Shown here: positions 36,354 to 45,741 of the stretch, one piece after another
How positions within the stretch are numbered: the stretch's first letter is position 1
How the letters are laid out: every line of letters begins with the position of its first letter
DNA from: a virus
Lineage: Duplodnaviria; Caudoviricetes
Length of the DNA stretch: 45,741 nucleotides
Direction: 5' to 3' (one strand)
IMG/VR virus record: IMGVR_UViG_3300046314_000184
Coordinates: 1-45,741 of that record
Made by a program: the position numbers and the translations under genes
The notes under the pieces: model-generated
Seen by the model: the letters and a program-made list of their open reading frames with translations, nothing else
The model's database searches: none
What the model was told of the DNA's origin: nothing

Positions 36354-38267
36354 CGAATTTGCCAAAATGTTCAAGAATTTCTTGGAAGACCCAGTTCGCT
36401 TCATCATGTTGCGGAACTGGGTCGTTGCCTTACCAACAGTCATATCAGCAGTCACGGTCAGATTTTCCATGTCATTGTCAACCTCAGCAGAGCGAACAAT
36501 GAATACATCATTCTTCTCAGGTGAAATATAGTGGATGTATCCATCTTTTCGCATACTGGCTGAGTCGGAATCTTCCTTACCACCAGCCACAAACATATTC
36601 ACATCGGATGCCTTGAATCGAGCAACCAAGGCAATTGTGGTGGTGGAGATGTTGTATCGATTCTTCAGGATAGCTGCATTGATGTCAACCATCGTATAGT
36701 CGGCACCAACCACAACATGGGTCTTCTTGGTGATTGGATCAACAACAATCTTCTTGGTCGTGCGGTAGCTATTATAGCGACCGACTTCAGAATCCACATC
36801 CGTTGGGTTACCATCGGTGACAATAATCATGCGACGAACATCAATTCGATTCTGTTCAAAGAATTCCTTGGCAACAAATTCCATCTGACTCATGGCATTC
36901 ATTGTTGGGGTGTGTCCAAAAGAAAATCCCTTGTTGGTAATCATTCTGGAACAGGCCAATGCATGCTCAGATTTACTCTGCTCAGAACTGCACATCAACA
37001 GCAGTTGGTCATTGGATTTGCTACCCAGTGAGTTGGTATTCTTTACATCATAGTATGAATTCTGTTCCGGCATGCTTTTCCATGTCGCACCAAAACCAAA
37101 TACACGATAAGGAACCCCAATCTTGCGGAAAAATTCAACCAATACGACAACCTGTTCGGCCATTTTCTTATACATGGATTGAATGGAGCCGGAACAATCC
37201 AAGAGAACCACAAAGCCATGATTCTTGGAGTCGTTCAGGATCATCTTGGATGCAAAGATGTCATCACTGAAGCGATAGTTGGCGACTCGATTGACATTCA
37301 ACAACCCAGTCTTGGCAATCTTGGCATTCTTGGTTCTGGCGGCGGCTTTCCGAGCTTCAAAAATTTTAGCCATAGAATCCACGGATCGCATTGAGTTCTT
37401 GCGGAATTCCTGACACGTCAGAATAGGAACGGTCAGCGGGTTGGTAGAAATGGTTGCCTGATCAACGATAGACACAACATCAGGCTTTGGTGAGGCAAAC
37501 ATATGCAGTTCGTATTTGTCAACTGCATCCGCCTGAAGCCACTTGGATTCCAAATCATGGTTGATTCCGTAGCAATCATCAACAAATGACTCCATCTGGT
37601 CGCCATCAAGATCGAGATCATCCCGGGCACCCAGTTCCCATCCACCAGAATAGTTACTTGAATTGGATTCAATCATATCCTGAACAACAACGCGGGTATA
37701 TCCACCCAGCAGTTGACCAATCTGGTCAACGCAGGCAGTCATGTCTTCAAAGGTCTTAGCCGCATTGATCTGATTGACAACGGCCAGTTCAGCCTTGCTC
37801 AGATTCAGGAATTGACCAGCAATCGCCCCCAGTTTCAGATACAGATTGATCTTGACTGCAGGGGAAGCAAATGGCAACTTAGTGTGTTGACCATATACCC
37901 CCTGACTCAACAGGGCACCATAACCCTCCCGGAATGTCTTGATCATGCCGGGATATTTGCTGGTGATGGTTGCCTCGCCCATTGCCTGTTGGACAATCCG
38001 ACGAAACCCATCCGAATCAACCGAAGGAAGGTTGTTCAGGAACATACCGACTTCACGGAAGATCAGCAGCATATGAATCGACTCATTGGACATGCACATC
38101 AGGAACGGATACCGAATCATGCCGGTATCACGGCTCCATGAGCATTCGCTGATGGTTGTTTCGTAGGCAACCTTGACGTTCTGTTCGGCCAAGAGGCGAG
38201 TCACTGCCGACCCCTTCATTGTTTCGCGCAATGTGTTGATGGCAGTCTGTTTGTGGTCAATGCTCAT
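36342..38267 (-). CDS. CobT-like VWA-domain protein
   Basis: RLLAEQN, FEARKAA, KTG.L, KNHG.V.LLDCSGS (MIDAS), TP, VTDG; adjacent to the AAA ATPase. Confidence 0.85.
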   Translation of the reverse strand: MSIDHKQTAINTLRETMKGSAVTRLLAEQNVKVAYETTISECSWSRDTGMIRYPFLMCMSNESIHMLLIFREVGMFLNNLPSVDSDGFRRIVQQAMGEATITSKYPGMIKTFREGYGALLSQGVYGQHTKLPFASPAVKINLYLKLGAIAGQFLNLSKAELAVVNQINAAKTFEDMTACVDQIGQLLGGYTRVVVQDMIESNSSNYSGGWELGARDDLDLDGDQMESFVDDCYGINHDLESKWLQADAVDKYELHMFASPKPDVVSIVDQATISTNPLTVPILTCQEFRKNSMRSVDSMAKIFEARKAAARTKNAKIAKTGLLNVNRVANYRFSDDIFASKMILNDSKNHGFVVLLDCSGSIQSMYKKMAEQVVVLVEFFRKIGVPYRVFGFGATWKSMPEQNSYYDVKNTNSLGSKSNDQLLLMCSSEQSKSEHALACSRMITNKGFSFGHTPTMNAMSQMEFVAKEFFEQNRIDVRRMIIVTDGNPTDVDSEVGRYNSYRTTKKIVVDPITKKTHVVVGADYTMVDINAAILKNRYNISTTTIALVARFKASDVNMFVAGGKEDSDSASMRKDGYIHYISPEKNDVFIVRSAEVDNDMENLTVTADMTVGKATTQFRNMMKRTGSSKKFLNILANSMTV

Positions 38268-38304
38268 AATGTAGAGTCCTTTTGAGTTGAATTTGGAAGT
38301 TCAG

Positions 38305-38333
38305 ATTGTATCATGCCTGAATGGCAGCATCAA
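38305..38333 (-). promoter_or_regulatory. Sigma70-type early promoter
   Basis: TTGATG-17 nt-TACAAT with TG extension. Confidence 0.6.
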
Positions 38334-39663
38334 ACTGATCCTTGACCTGTTGTAGCGAATCTGCAACAGTCTTGTCCTGCCGGAAGTCAATGATGCGAGG
38401 CAAAAAAACTGAATACTTGTCATTGTTCTTGCTGGGTTCAAACAACTCATTGGTTCGGATGGTGACAATGGTTCCAATCAGAGAATCTTTACGTCCATGA
38501 ACATCAGCCCGCATATCATCACTCATACCAGTTGCAGCAACCGACAACAGACCGTCAGATGTCTCCAACTGGATAGAACCAAACAGATGAGCATGCTTGG
38601 AAGTCTTGGAACCGGGGTTGAATCCAACGATTTTCAGATCAATTTCAACTTCAGCCTTCAGCTTGACGCAATTCTTGGAAGTGGTGTCCTCCCAGATGCC
38701 ATCCCGATCCTTGATGATGGTTCCCTCCAGCTTCCGTGCCCGGAGTTCCTTGAAATGAACCATTGCTTCATCATAGGAATGGACAATCCGACTTTCGGTA
38801 ACTCGAACAGGAGCATCAGGGTCAAAATGACCCAATACCTTCTCCAAGATGCCCAGACGAATCTTGTATGGGACTCGATATTTGTTCTTGGCAACTGCCT
38901 CCTTAATGGGAATAGAATCCCAGACATGGAATACTGGGGTATGGTCAGCGGGGAAAGAGTCTCCGTGCAGGACTCGATTCATGATTCCATTGGAAATCTT
39001 GCGAACCAGCATCTGGCCCTTCTTGAATACGACCACTTCACCATGCAACTGCATACCTTCCATACCCGTCTGAGTCAGTTGATCCGTAATCCCCTTGAAC
39101 TGGTCAACCGGAAATGGGGAGCCATTTCGGGACATGATGGAAAACTGACCGTTTCCGATGACATCAACGGAAATGAACATGCCATCATACTTCTGCTGAG
39201 AAATGACCCCATATTCCCAATTGAACTGATCAATATTGGAATCCTTGGGTAATGAGCACCGCATATAGGGCACATCAGTAACCAATCCCGGCCATACCTT
39301 GTTGGTGATGGTGGTGGATACGTTGCACTTGGGGTCTTTATTGATGATGCGCTCCAGCATCAGAGCATCTTCGGTGACCAAAGACCCCAAAATATTGGAC
39401 AAGTAGCTGATGGCAGCATTACCGGTGACCTGTCGTGAGGACAATGCACCCAAGGCACGCATTGCATCGGGAAGGCTGATCGTAGAATCACCACGAACAT
39501 AACCGGGGATCGCCTTGACAAAAAAGTTCAGGCGAGGCTCCAGTGCATTATAGAAAAAGTTTTTCAGGTCGATGTTGTTGACCTGTTCTTGCAGGATTCG
39601 CTCCTTCTCCAATCGGGATGATGTAGACTGGAGTTGGGTGATGATCTGGTAGATGTTGCTCAT
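38311..39663 (-). CDS. gp30: ATP-dependent DNA ligase (gp30)
   Basis: QKYDG, SRNG, LHGE, FHVWD, EGTIIK, VKLK, SVFLP....RQDK. Confidence 0.93.
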   Translation of the reverse strand: MSNIYQIITQLQSTSSRLEKERILQEQVNNIDLKNFFYNALEPRLNFFVKAIPGYVRGDSTISLPDAMRALGALSSRQVTGNAAISYLSNILGSLVTEDALMLERIINKDPKCNVSTTITNKVWPGLVTDVPYMRCSLPKDSNIDQFNWEYGVISQQKYDGMFISVDVIGNGQFSIMSRNGSPFPVDQFKGITDQLTQTGMEGMQLHGEVVVFKKGQMLVRKISNGIMNRVLHGDSFPADHTPVFHVWDSIPIKEAVAKNKYRVPYKIRLGILEKVLGHFDPDAPVRVTESRIVHSYDEAMVHFKELRARKLEGTIIKDRDGIWEDTTSKNCVKLKAEVEIDLKIVGFNPGSKTSKHAHLFGSIQLETSDGLLSVAATGMSDDMRADVHGRKDSLIGTIVTIRTNELFEPSKNNDKYSVFLPRIIDFRQDKTVADSLQQVKDQFDAAIQA

Positions 39664-39694
39664 TGGGGATTCCTTTTTGGATAGAATGTCCCCA

Positions 39695-39705
39695 ATTATA
39701 GCACA
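39695..39705 (-). promoter_or_regulatory. Extended -10 promoter upstream of the ligase
   Basis: TGTGCTATAAT on the minus strand. Confidence 0.5.
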
Positions 39706-39708
39706 CTT

Positions 39709-42114
39709 TTAAGCCAAGACCACCAATTCTCCCATCTCACCAATACGCTTGTGGTTGTTCATTGTGAAAATCTGCCCCCGTTGACTGGATTTGCTGACCC
39801 CAATGTGAATCCATGTGGTGTTGCCCTGATACTCCAAGATGACCTGATCAAACGGGAACATCTGAGTGATTTTCTTGACTGCTTCCTTGTATTCCTTGCG
39901 AGAGTAGCCGGGAAGTTGAACGTCAGCGGCCTCGCCATTGTAATGCTTGGAAGTCTTGGATGAATTTGCCACATCGCCGGGGCGACGGAATCCGGATGTG
40001 ATGATCATATGCGGGAACATGTCCTTGACCAAATCCAGACAACCAGCCAAGGTCTTCAGGGCACATGCAATCTGATTGGGCTTCAGTCCCATCTGAGCCA
40101 CGATAGGTCTGGTTCCATTCTGAGTGAATGACCCAATCGTAAAATGACGTGACAACTGATAATGTGGGGGATAGCTGGTCATTGCATCAATTTCTGAGCA
40201 TCCTGCTGGAATTCCATCCGGGGTCGGGTATGTGTTTGTCATGGTTCCTGTTACGCTTTCTTTGTCTTTTTCTTCTGTTGGTTTGGAATAATCTTCCTTG
40301 GTTGCCTCTCCAGTTTCAATCCGGGTATTGGTGTAGGCAGTCAGGTCGCCGGATTCGTCGGGAGTTTCATACTGCATGGCCGATTCATTGCCACGGGTCA
40401 AAACAGTAAGTTCCGAGAATTCAATTTCTTCTGTGGTGACTTTTGGTTTTGGTTTTGTCAATCCACTACTCTTACCAGAGTTCAGGTCAATTCTAGAGGC
40501 GTCAACCGAATACTCTCCGCCAACCAGAATTCGATAGTCGCCAGCAACTGATGTCTCCATGTTGCCGGAGATGTTCAACTTGGCATCATTGAATACATTG
40601 ATAACAGTAGAGCCGCTTATATCGACGTTACAGGCTCCGGAAACCTTCAGAGTATGCACACCATCAACCGCCACATGCAATGCACCCTTGACGTGAATAA
40701 AGCCGTTCCTGTCGATTATTTCATAACCATCCCCGACAATTCGCTTTACTTCGGTGCCATTGTCATCAATCTCCATGAAAGTGCCTGCTGCATGATACAG
40801 ATGGATTCGTCTGGAGTTATCCGTGTCATCAAATTCAAACAGATGACCGGATTCGCTGGCCTGAACCTTGTTGTTGGGGTATCTGGCATTGTATGGAATT
40901 GGTGACTGACTCCATGTTTTTGTTGTCCCAGCAATCGGCACATCCATGTCTCTGGATATTTCTTTGCGAAATACCACGGTCTCTGAAATCTTTGCATGAC
41001 GAGCCAGTCGATGCGTATCTGGTTCATTCCTATACAAAGGATATTTTGCCTTGGGGTCGGAAAATCCACGTGATGCCAGTTTTCGATTGGTTTCCGTTTC
41101 GGTATCAAATTCTGGCAATGGAGGCAGAGGGATGTCTCGGGGTGGTTCTGGCTCCAGAGGGAATTCTTCAATCCCACCCAACTCAGTAGGGATGCCTCCA
41201 GAAAGAAATAGATTCTTCTCTCGCTCCCTGCGAGTAGTCAGTCCCGGAACAACCGTCAATACTCCCCTGATCTTGGCCTTGTTATAGTCCAAGAAACGAG
41301 ATGCTGCCAGTTCATATTTTCCTGAGTTCAGATCAGTAATCAGGTTAGAGCTTTTCTTCAGAGACCCCAAGTTATAAACCAAGGACACCAAAGCATCAAC
41401 CATTTCCTGAGTGACAGGAACCGTGACGATTTTATGAACAATTGGTAAAAACTTGGTATTAACATCCAAGGCAAAGATTTCAGCCGCATACTGTCTGGTT
41501 ATGGTATCCACCTGCTGAACCGGATTTCCATTTGGATAGTATGTAGTTCCATACCCAATAGTCCAGATTCCTCCCTGATCCTGATATGCCACCGGACGGA
41601 AACCTTCAGACCCCTTGATTAGCATGATTCCTCGTTCACCGATTGACTTGAAGTCACTGGCTCTGCGAGCGCCCGCCAACACCGGCTCCGTTGTTGTCTG
41701 GGTTCCTCCTGTGGTTACTGGTTTCCCATCGGAACTGACAACTGAATTTCCAGTTGAATCTTGAACAACGCTGGGAGTAACCGCATCAGCAAACACAGAT
41801 TCCTTGATGTCTCCGGGGGTCGTCTTTGATGGGTCAGCGGGAATCCCCTTGAGCGTCCCCAAGACAACGGGATACTGTTCGTCCGAATCCATGAAATAGA
41901 GAATGACCCATGACCCGCATACCAAACCGGAGCCGGAGTGACCAACCCCAGTCATGCTGGCGTCTTTTGTATCCCCCATGACATGCGCCCACGGCAGAGC
42001 CTCGGTTGGGATAGAACTCTTGATGTCCGTATGCAATTCATACACCCTGACTCGGACTCGATCAGCCCCCATTGGGTCATTAACATCTTCTACAATACCA
42101 TGATACAGGCGCAT
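39709..42114 (-). CDS. gp5: Baseplate hub/tail lysozyme gp5 with a C-terminal M15 peptidase domain
   Basis: GIVEDVNDP...RVRVR OB fold, GH24 EGF..AYQD.GGIWTIGYG, SESGH..EFDDT beta-helix; C-terminal LSRHFT, SGFR, SKH..GEAAD, WIH. Confidence 0.9.
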   Translation of the reverse strand: MRLYHGIVEDVNDPMGADRVRVRVYELHTDIKSSIPTEALPWAHVMGDTKDASMTGVGHSGSGLVCGSWVILYFMDSDEQYPVVLGTLKGIPADPSKTTPGDIKESVFADAVTPSVVQDSTGNSVVSSDGKPVTTGGTQTTTEPVLAGARRASDFKSIGERGIMLIKGSEGFRPVAYQDQGGIWTIGYGTTYYPNGNPVQQVDTITRQYAAEIFALDVNTKFLPIVHKIVTVPVTQEMVDALVSLVYNLGSLKKSSNLITDLNSGKYELAASRFLDYNKAKIRGVLTVVPGLTTRREREKNLFLSGGIPTELGGIEEFPLEPEPPRDIPLPPLPEFDTETETNRKLASRGFSDPKAKYPLYRNEPDTHRLARHAKISETVVFRKEISRDMDVPIAGTTKTWSQSPIPYNARYPNNKVQASESGHLFEFDDTDNSRRIHLYHAAGTFMEIDDNGTEVKRIVGDGYEIIDRNGFIHVKGALHVAVDGVHTLKVSGACNVDISGSTVINVFNDAKLNISGNMETSVAGDYRILVGGEYSVDASRIDLNSGKSSGLTKPKPKVTTEEIEFSELTVLTRGNESAMQYETPDESGDLTAYTNTRIETGEATKEDYSKPTEEKDKESVTGTMTNTYPTPDGIPAGCSEIDAMTSYPPHYQLSRHFTIGSFTQNGTRPIVAQMGLKPNQIACALKTLAGCLDLVKDMFPHMIITSGFRRPGDVANSSKTSKHYNGEAADVQLPGYSRKEYKEAVKKITQMFPFDQVILEYQGNTTWIHIGVSKSSQRGQIFTMNNHKRIGEMGELVVLA

Positions 42115-42132
42115 AATTACGGATTCTCTTTT

Positions 42133-43419
42133 TTACTGGTCGTTTTGATGATCTTTGGCACTGAATTGCATCAAAGAGTCCTTGTTCAATTGCATAGACA
42201 TAGAATGTCTTTCTCGGTCAATATGATGGCAGATTGACATGACCATATATCTACCCGAGAAAACTGTATCCAATACAGAATACATATTGTCCTTTTCGGT
42301 CACTTCCTCGCTGTATACATAGATGTCACTGATTGACCCACAGACAATGTTGAATCTTCCGGTAACATCAATCTGGATAGATTGAACTTCCATTGCAGAC
42401 ATTTCTGTCTGTCTGGATGGATACCAATCCAGAGTATTCTCGGTTGGCATATTGCGATATGCAGAAGTCGGAACGATTCTGGACTGAATGAATGAGTTGA
42501 CCCGACGAGGCGCATCTATGGAAGAAAATGGTTCTGGGTTCAGACGAGCATGTTTATCAAATGCATTGACCATATCGTAGTAGGAATACCGATATGACTT
42601 GGACATTGGATTGATGACCAGACTCTTTGTTCCGAATGCTCCCGTGGATAGATTCTTGATGTAGTTATGGTTCTCATCCACATACAACTTCTCAATAATA
42701 CCCATCCTCTGCTCAGACTTATTTGGATCTTTGGTATTGGTTGAGTAGAAGTAGGCAGATGATGCCGATTGCTCTTTCAGAAGATTCAATGAAGCAAAGA
42801 CAAAAGACTTCTTGTTTTCATAGAACACGTATCCCGGAGCATTGCTTTCCTTGGATACAGCACGGTCTGCCAAGAATTTCAAGTTCCTGATTGGGCTCCA
42901 GTAGTTGGAGATATACTCAATCCGATTCTTGGTTGGTTCAATCACCAGTTGCAGATCAGTCTTGACATACTCATCCAAGATCGCCTTGGCAATGTCAGAT
43001 GGTTGCCCTGAGTATGCGCTGGAAATCTTGGTGTTTATATCAGCCAGAGCCTCCAGAGACATGCAATGCATGGTATATGCAACCGAGCGATCTGCAATTG
43101 CCGCCCGATCAGATATCTTGTAGATATAGAACTGCTTTTTGTTCAGACCAACCTTACCATCATCCCCATAGCATTCAATTTCGATAAACTCATCACCAAC
43201 AATCCGAGTCTTGGACATCAGACCAAAACCATCAATAATCGTCAGCTTCAGGGTCATGAACGGTGAATAAATGGACTCATAAAGTTCCATGCTGGCAAAC
43301 AGATTGGTGATGTCTATTTCCTTATCATGTCTGAAAGAGAATAGCTTGATATGACGCAAGTCAAAATCGCCATTGAACTCAACATCATTGATGATATCAG
43401 CCACGAGCAATTGCTCCAT
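42133..43419 (-). CDS. Baseplate hub/tail protein (gp27-like)
   Basis: LYESIYSPFMT, YVFYEN..SFVFAS, SGRYMV..ICH, KDS; lies between gp53 and gp5. Start uncertain (43419 or 43434). Confidence 0.7.
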   Translation of the reverse strand: MEQLLVADIINDVEFNGDFDLRHIKLFSFRHDKEIDITNLFASMELYESIYSPFMTLKLTIIDGFGLMSKTRIVGDEFIEIECYGDDGKVGLNKKQFYIYKISDRAAIADRSVAYTMHCMSLEALADINTKISSAYSGQPSDIAKAILDEYVKTDLQLVIEPTKNRIEYISNYWSPIRNLKFLADRAVSKESNAPGYVFYENKKSFVFASLNLLKEQSASSAYFYSTNTKDPNKSEQRMGIIEKLYVDENHNYIKNLSTGAFGTKSLVINPMSKSYRYSYYDMVNAFDKHARLNPEPFSSIDAPRRVNSFIQSRIVPTSAYRNMPTENTLDWYPSRQTEMSAMEVQSIQIDVTGRFNIVCGSISDIYVYSEEVTEKDNMYSVLDTVFSGRYMVMSICHHIDRERHSMSMQLNKDSLMQFSAKDHQNDQ

Positions 43420-43885
43420 CGTATATCTGGACAAATTCGGCCAGCAATTCAGGACGCAGAATCTTGACCTGACGCTTTTTTTCGTTCAACTGAGCCATGT
43501 GCTCATAGTTGGTGACAACAAACCTAGGCTCCGTGAACTGGTCAACGGTCTCACCATCCGAGTTGATATAGTGATGGGTCCCCAGCAATGAGCCATACTG
43601 ACGAATGGTCTGTTCCCGAACAATCGAGTCCAACTGGGGGAAGTCATTGAACGGATCAAACTTCTCATTAAGAAGCATCAGTATCCAATGATACTGAGGG
43701 GTCTTGTAGAACTTATGAGAGATGATCTCAGGGGTCTCCCCATCCATGGCTGTATAGACAGTATAGTGCAGGGACTCATCTTTCAGCTTTGGGTCAAGCC
43801 TGATCCCCCGTAGGAAATCAGTGACCAGATAATTCTCCTGACCACTGACACGAAATAGACTCATTGGAAACTTGTCAAAAAACAT
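43397..43885 (-). CDS. gp53: Baseplate wedge gp53
   Basis: FFDKFP, DGETPEIISHKFY....HWILML.N, HHY, TNYE....NEKKRQVKILRP. Confidence 0.9.
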   Translation of the reverse strand: MFFDKFPMSLFRVSGQENYLVTDFLRGIRLDPKLKDESLHYTVYTAMDGETPEIISHKFYKTPQYHWILMLLNEKFDPFNDFPQLDSIVREQTIRQYGSLLGTHHYINSDGETVDQFTEPRFVVTNYEHMAQLNEKKRQVKILRPELLAEFVQIYDGAIARG

Positions 43886-43887
43886 AA

Positions 43888-45015
43888 TCAGTATCCTTTC
43901 CTGATTCGATCCTGATGCAGCGTCTCGATTTCCATGAATCGAAGGCTCAGGTTTACAATAGTTGGCTCACCATTCATCAGAGACTGATATGACCCATTCG
44001 ATGCATAAGATACATTCATCCCGGTGCATACGCATGAACTGATCTGATTCATATATGGGTTAATCACATGATCCCCCTGATCATTAATGAAGTAATACTC
44101 AATCTTGAATTCTGCTGGATAGATGGAAAGGAACTGACCAAATCCTTTCATGACTTCAGGATGTGAATACAACTTGAAAAGATAGATGATCTGGTTAATC
44201 ATCTTGGCTTCTTCTTGGCTTCTGGCAGCCAATTGAAATTCATACTGAAAGTTACGGTTATCTACCGAATTGAACAGGACATCTTTACGGGCATTCTTGG
44301 CGGTTCTGGTCAAATTGGAAAAGGTTGAATTACTGACTGCCGCCGCCTGAAGAAGTTCCTTAGATGCTTCTCCGGGTTTTGTAATGGCCTTTTTCATGGA
44401 ATCGAATGCATCCTGCTGTGCAAATGAAATCAGCATGTCATCTGTCATGTTCCATTTCATGTTATATGATGCGTTGATGCCGGGAGGGGCATACAAGTCA
44501 ATCGTGTTCTTGAGCTTCTTCATTTTCTTGGTCAGCTTGAATTTTTCATCGGCCAATCCGGCCAATAGAACACCGATACCAGCACCAACAACAGTTCCTG
44601 CATAAGCATCCAAGGCCAATGAACCTGAAACAGATGCCTTATTGGCTGTCGTCTTACCTCTGAATGCTGCTGTCTTTGCCCTTGCAATGGCCGCAGAAGC
44701 CCCTGCAAGACCCCCGGCAAGGGCACCTGCTGTCTGGATGGCATCAATCGACGTCAGACCACGATTAAGACGGTTCTGGTCGCTGTTGTCCACATAACCC
44801 AAGTTCTCCCCTCCTGGCTCATTCAGAATGGTGGAGTTTTCGTCCACATGAATCCAGAACTTGACATAGTGGCGTGCCTCATCATGCAGGGGATACCTAC
44901 AAGTAAACTTGTTTCCCTTGTTGTCTGTGTCATAGACATGCGCAAATGAATCAAAGGATTCTGGTGCCTCTATGATGTTACCATCTGCTGAATAGAAAAT
45001 TTCTTTGGTTGACAT
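43888..45015 (-). CDS. gp48: Baseplate tail-tube cap gp48-like
   Basis: RYP, IDLYAP, LFNSVDNRNFQYEF.L.ARS..EA, YPAEF.I, CVCT..NVSY, LSLRFMEIE. Confidence 0.8.
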   Translation of the reverse strand: MSTKEIFYSADGNIIEAPESFDSFAHVYDTDNKGNKFTCRYPLHDEARHYVKFWIHVDENSTILNEPGGENLGYVDNSDQNRLNRGLTSIDAIQTAGALAGGLAGASAAIARAKTAAFRGKTTANKASVSGSLALDAYAGTVVGAGIGVLLAGLADEKFKLTKKMKKLKNTIDLYAPPGINASYNMKWNMTDDMLISFAQQDAFDSMKKAITKPGEASKELLQAAAVSNSTFSNLTRTAKNARKDVLFNSVDNRNFQYEFQLAARSQEEAKMINQIIYLFKLYSHPEVMKGFGQFLSIYPAEFKIEYYFINDQGDHVINPYMNQISSCVCTGMNVSYASNGSYQSLMNGEPTIVNLSLRFMEIETLHQDRIRKGY

Positions 45016-45031
45016 TTGTTGAATCAGACTT

Positions 45032-45058
45032 TAAGTAAAGTAATAATTGATTTACTTA
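45032..45058. promoter_or_regulatory. Crossed pair of late-type promoters (TAAGTA on both strands)
   Basis: TAAGTA at 45032-45037 (+) and TACTTA at 45053-45058 (TAAGTA on -), between divergent gp48 and gp4. Confidence 0.6.
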
Positions 45059-45075
45059 TCTTAAGAGTTTAAAGA

Positions 45076-45531
45076 ATGGCAAGGAATTACAGACAAGGGT
45101 TGTTCAAGCCCAAGAATCCATCCAAGTATAAAGGTGACCCAACAAACATTGTTTATCGCAGTGGGTGGGAGAGAATTGTTTTCAACTACTTGGACAATCA
45201 CCCGAATTGTATTCAGTGGGCATCTGAGGAATTCTTCATTCCTTATGTGTCCCCTGTCGATGGACTTGTCCATCGCTACTTCGTAGATATTCAATGTGTG
45301 ATGTCGGATGTGAATGGAAACAAAACCACATACATCATTGAGATCAAACCATGGGCACAGACAATGAGACCCAAGCCAACCAAGGGTAAGTCCAAGAAGA
45401 CTCTGATGGAGGAGGTGACCACCTATGCCGTCAATGAGGCCAAGTGGAAGGCTGCAGAGGATTACTGTCTGAAGCGTGGATACATCTTCAGGATATTTAC
45501 CGAGTATGAAATCGGAATCAAGAAGCGCTAA
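45076..45531 (+). CDS. gp4: Head completion nuclease gp4
   Basis: G.FKPKNPSKYKGDPTNIVYRSGWE, WASEE..IPY, HRYFVD, IEIKP..QT, NEAKW.AA. Confidence 0.93.
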   Translation: MARNYRQGLFKPKNPSKYKGDPTNIVYRSGWERIVFNYLDNHPNCIQWASEEFFIPYVSPVDGLVHRYFVDIQCVMSDVNGNKTTYIIEIKPWAQTMRPKPTKGKSKKTLMEEVTTYAVNEAKWKAAEDYCLKRGYIFRIFTEYEIGIKKR

Positions 45532-45620
45532 AAGTCCTTTTGCTTGGCTACGCCAAGATGCCCTTGCGGGCATGTTTCCCTGTAATTACTGTTATATCAG
45601 TATATAATTATATTCTTTAT

Positions 45621-45741
45621 TTAATTATATACATATTAATTATATACATATTAATTATATACATATTAATTATATACATATTAATTATATACATATTAAT
45701 TATATACATATTAATTATATACATATTAATTATATACATAT
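45621..45741. repeat. AT-rich 15-bp tandem repeat, at least 8 copies, running to the window end
   Basis: Unit TTAATTATATACATA repeated perfectly. Confidence 0.92.

Noticed and set aside
35105-36502. 465-aa ORF on the + strand
   Set aside because: It is the antisense shadow of the AAA ATPase, with no recognisable motifs or RBS.
38497-39252. 251-aa + strand ORF and similar antisense ORFs (for example 26663..27244, 29800..30411, 33762..34349)
   Set aside because: Each lies wholly opposite a well-supported minus-strand gene and is explained by codon bias.
45621-45741. Possible CRISPR array
   Set aside because: The units are contiguous with no spacers, and no cas genes are present.
1-45741. Stop-codon reassignment
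   Set aside because: Core genes are full length in the standard code and coding density is high.

Overview
This window is a 45.7 kb segment of a T4-like (myovirus) phage genome, coded mostly on the minus strand. Both ends carry tail and baseplate modules: tail-fibre-like genes, a split VrlC/DUF4815-like pair, gp8, gp7, gp6, gp25 and gp14 on the left; gp5, gp27, gp53, gp48 and gp4 on the right. The centre is an accessory region with DNA ligase, a CobS/CobT-like AAA-VWA pair, RNA ligase, 5'-nucleotidase, PhoH, endolysin, ClpP, a T5 A1-like phosphoesterase and a GIY-YIG-like endonuclease with 23-aa repeats. The most striking element is a set of genes (mainly 27.7-35 kb, plus 15.4-19.4 kb), several behind late-type promoters, that look like capsid-packaged, injected effectors. 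The set comprises two ADP-ribosyltransferase paralogues, a kinase-like protein, an ART-like domain fused to an Acb1-like (anti-CBASS) 2H phosphodiesterase across a prohead-protease-like site, and two His-rich paralogues. Five genes in these two regions begin with a shared I-x-x-A-Y N-terminal motif. Other observations are a T4 gene-e-style hairpin over an unannotated 31-aa ORF coupled to the endolysin, crossed late promoter pairs, a frameshifted tail gene, a structured intergenic element and a terminal AT-rich tandem repeat. All assignments come from motif recognition by eye; no database search was run.
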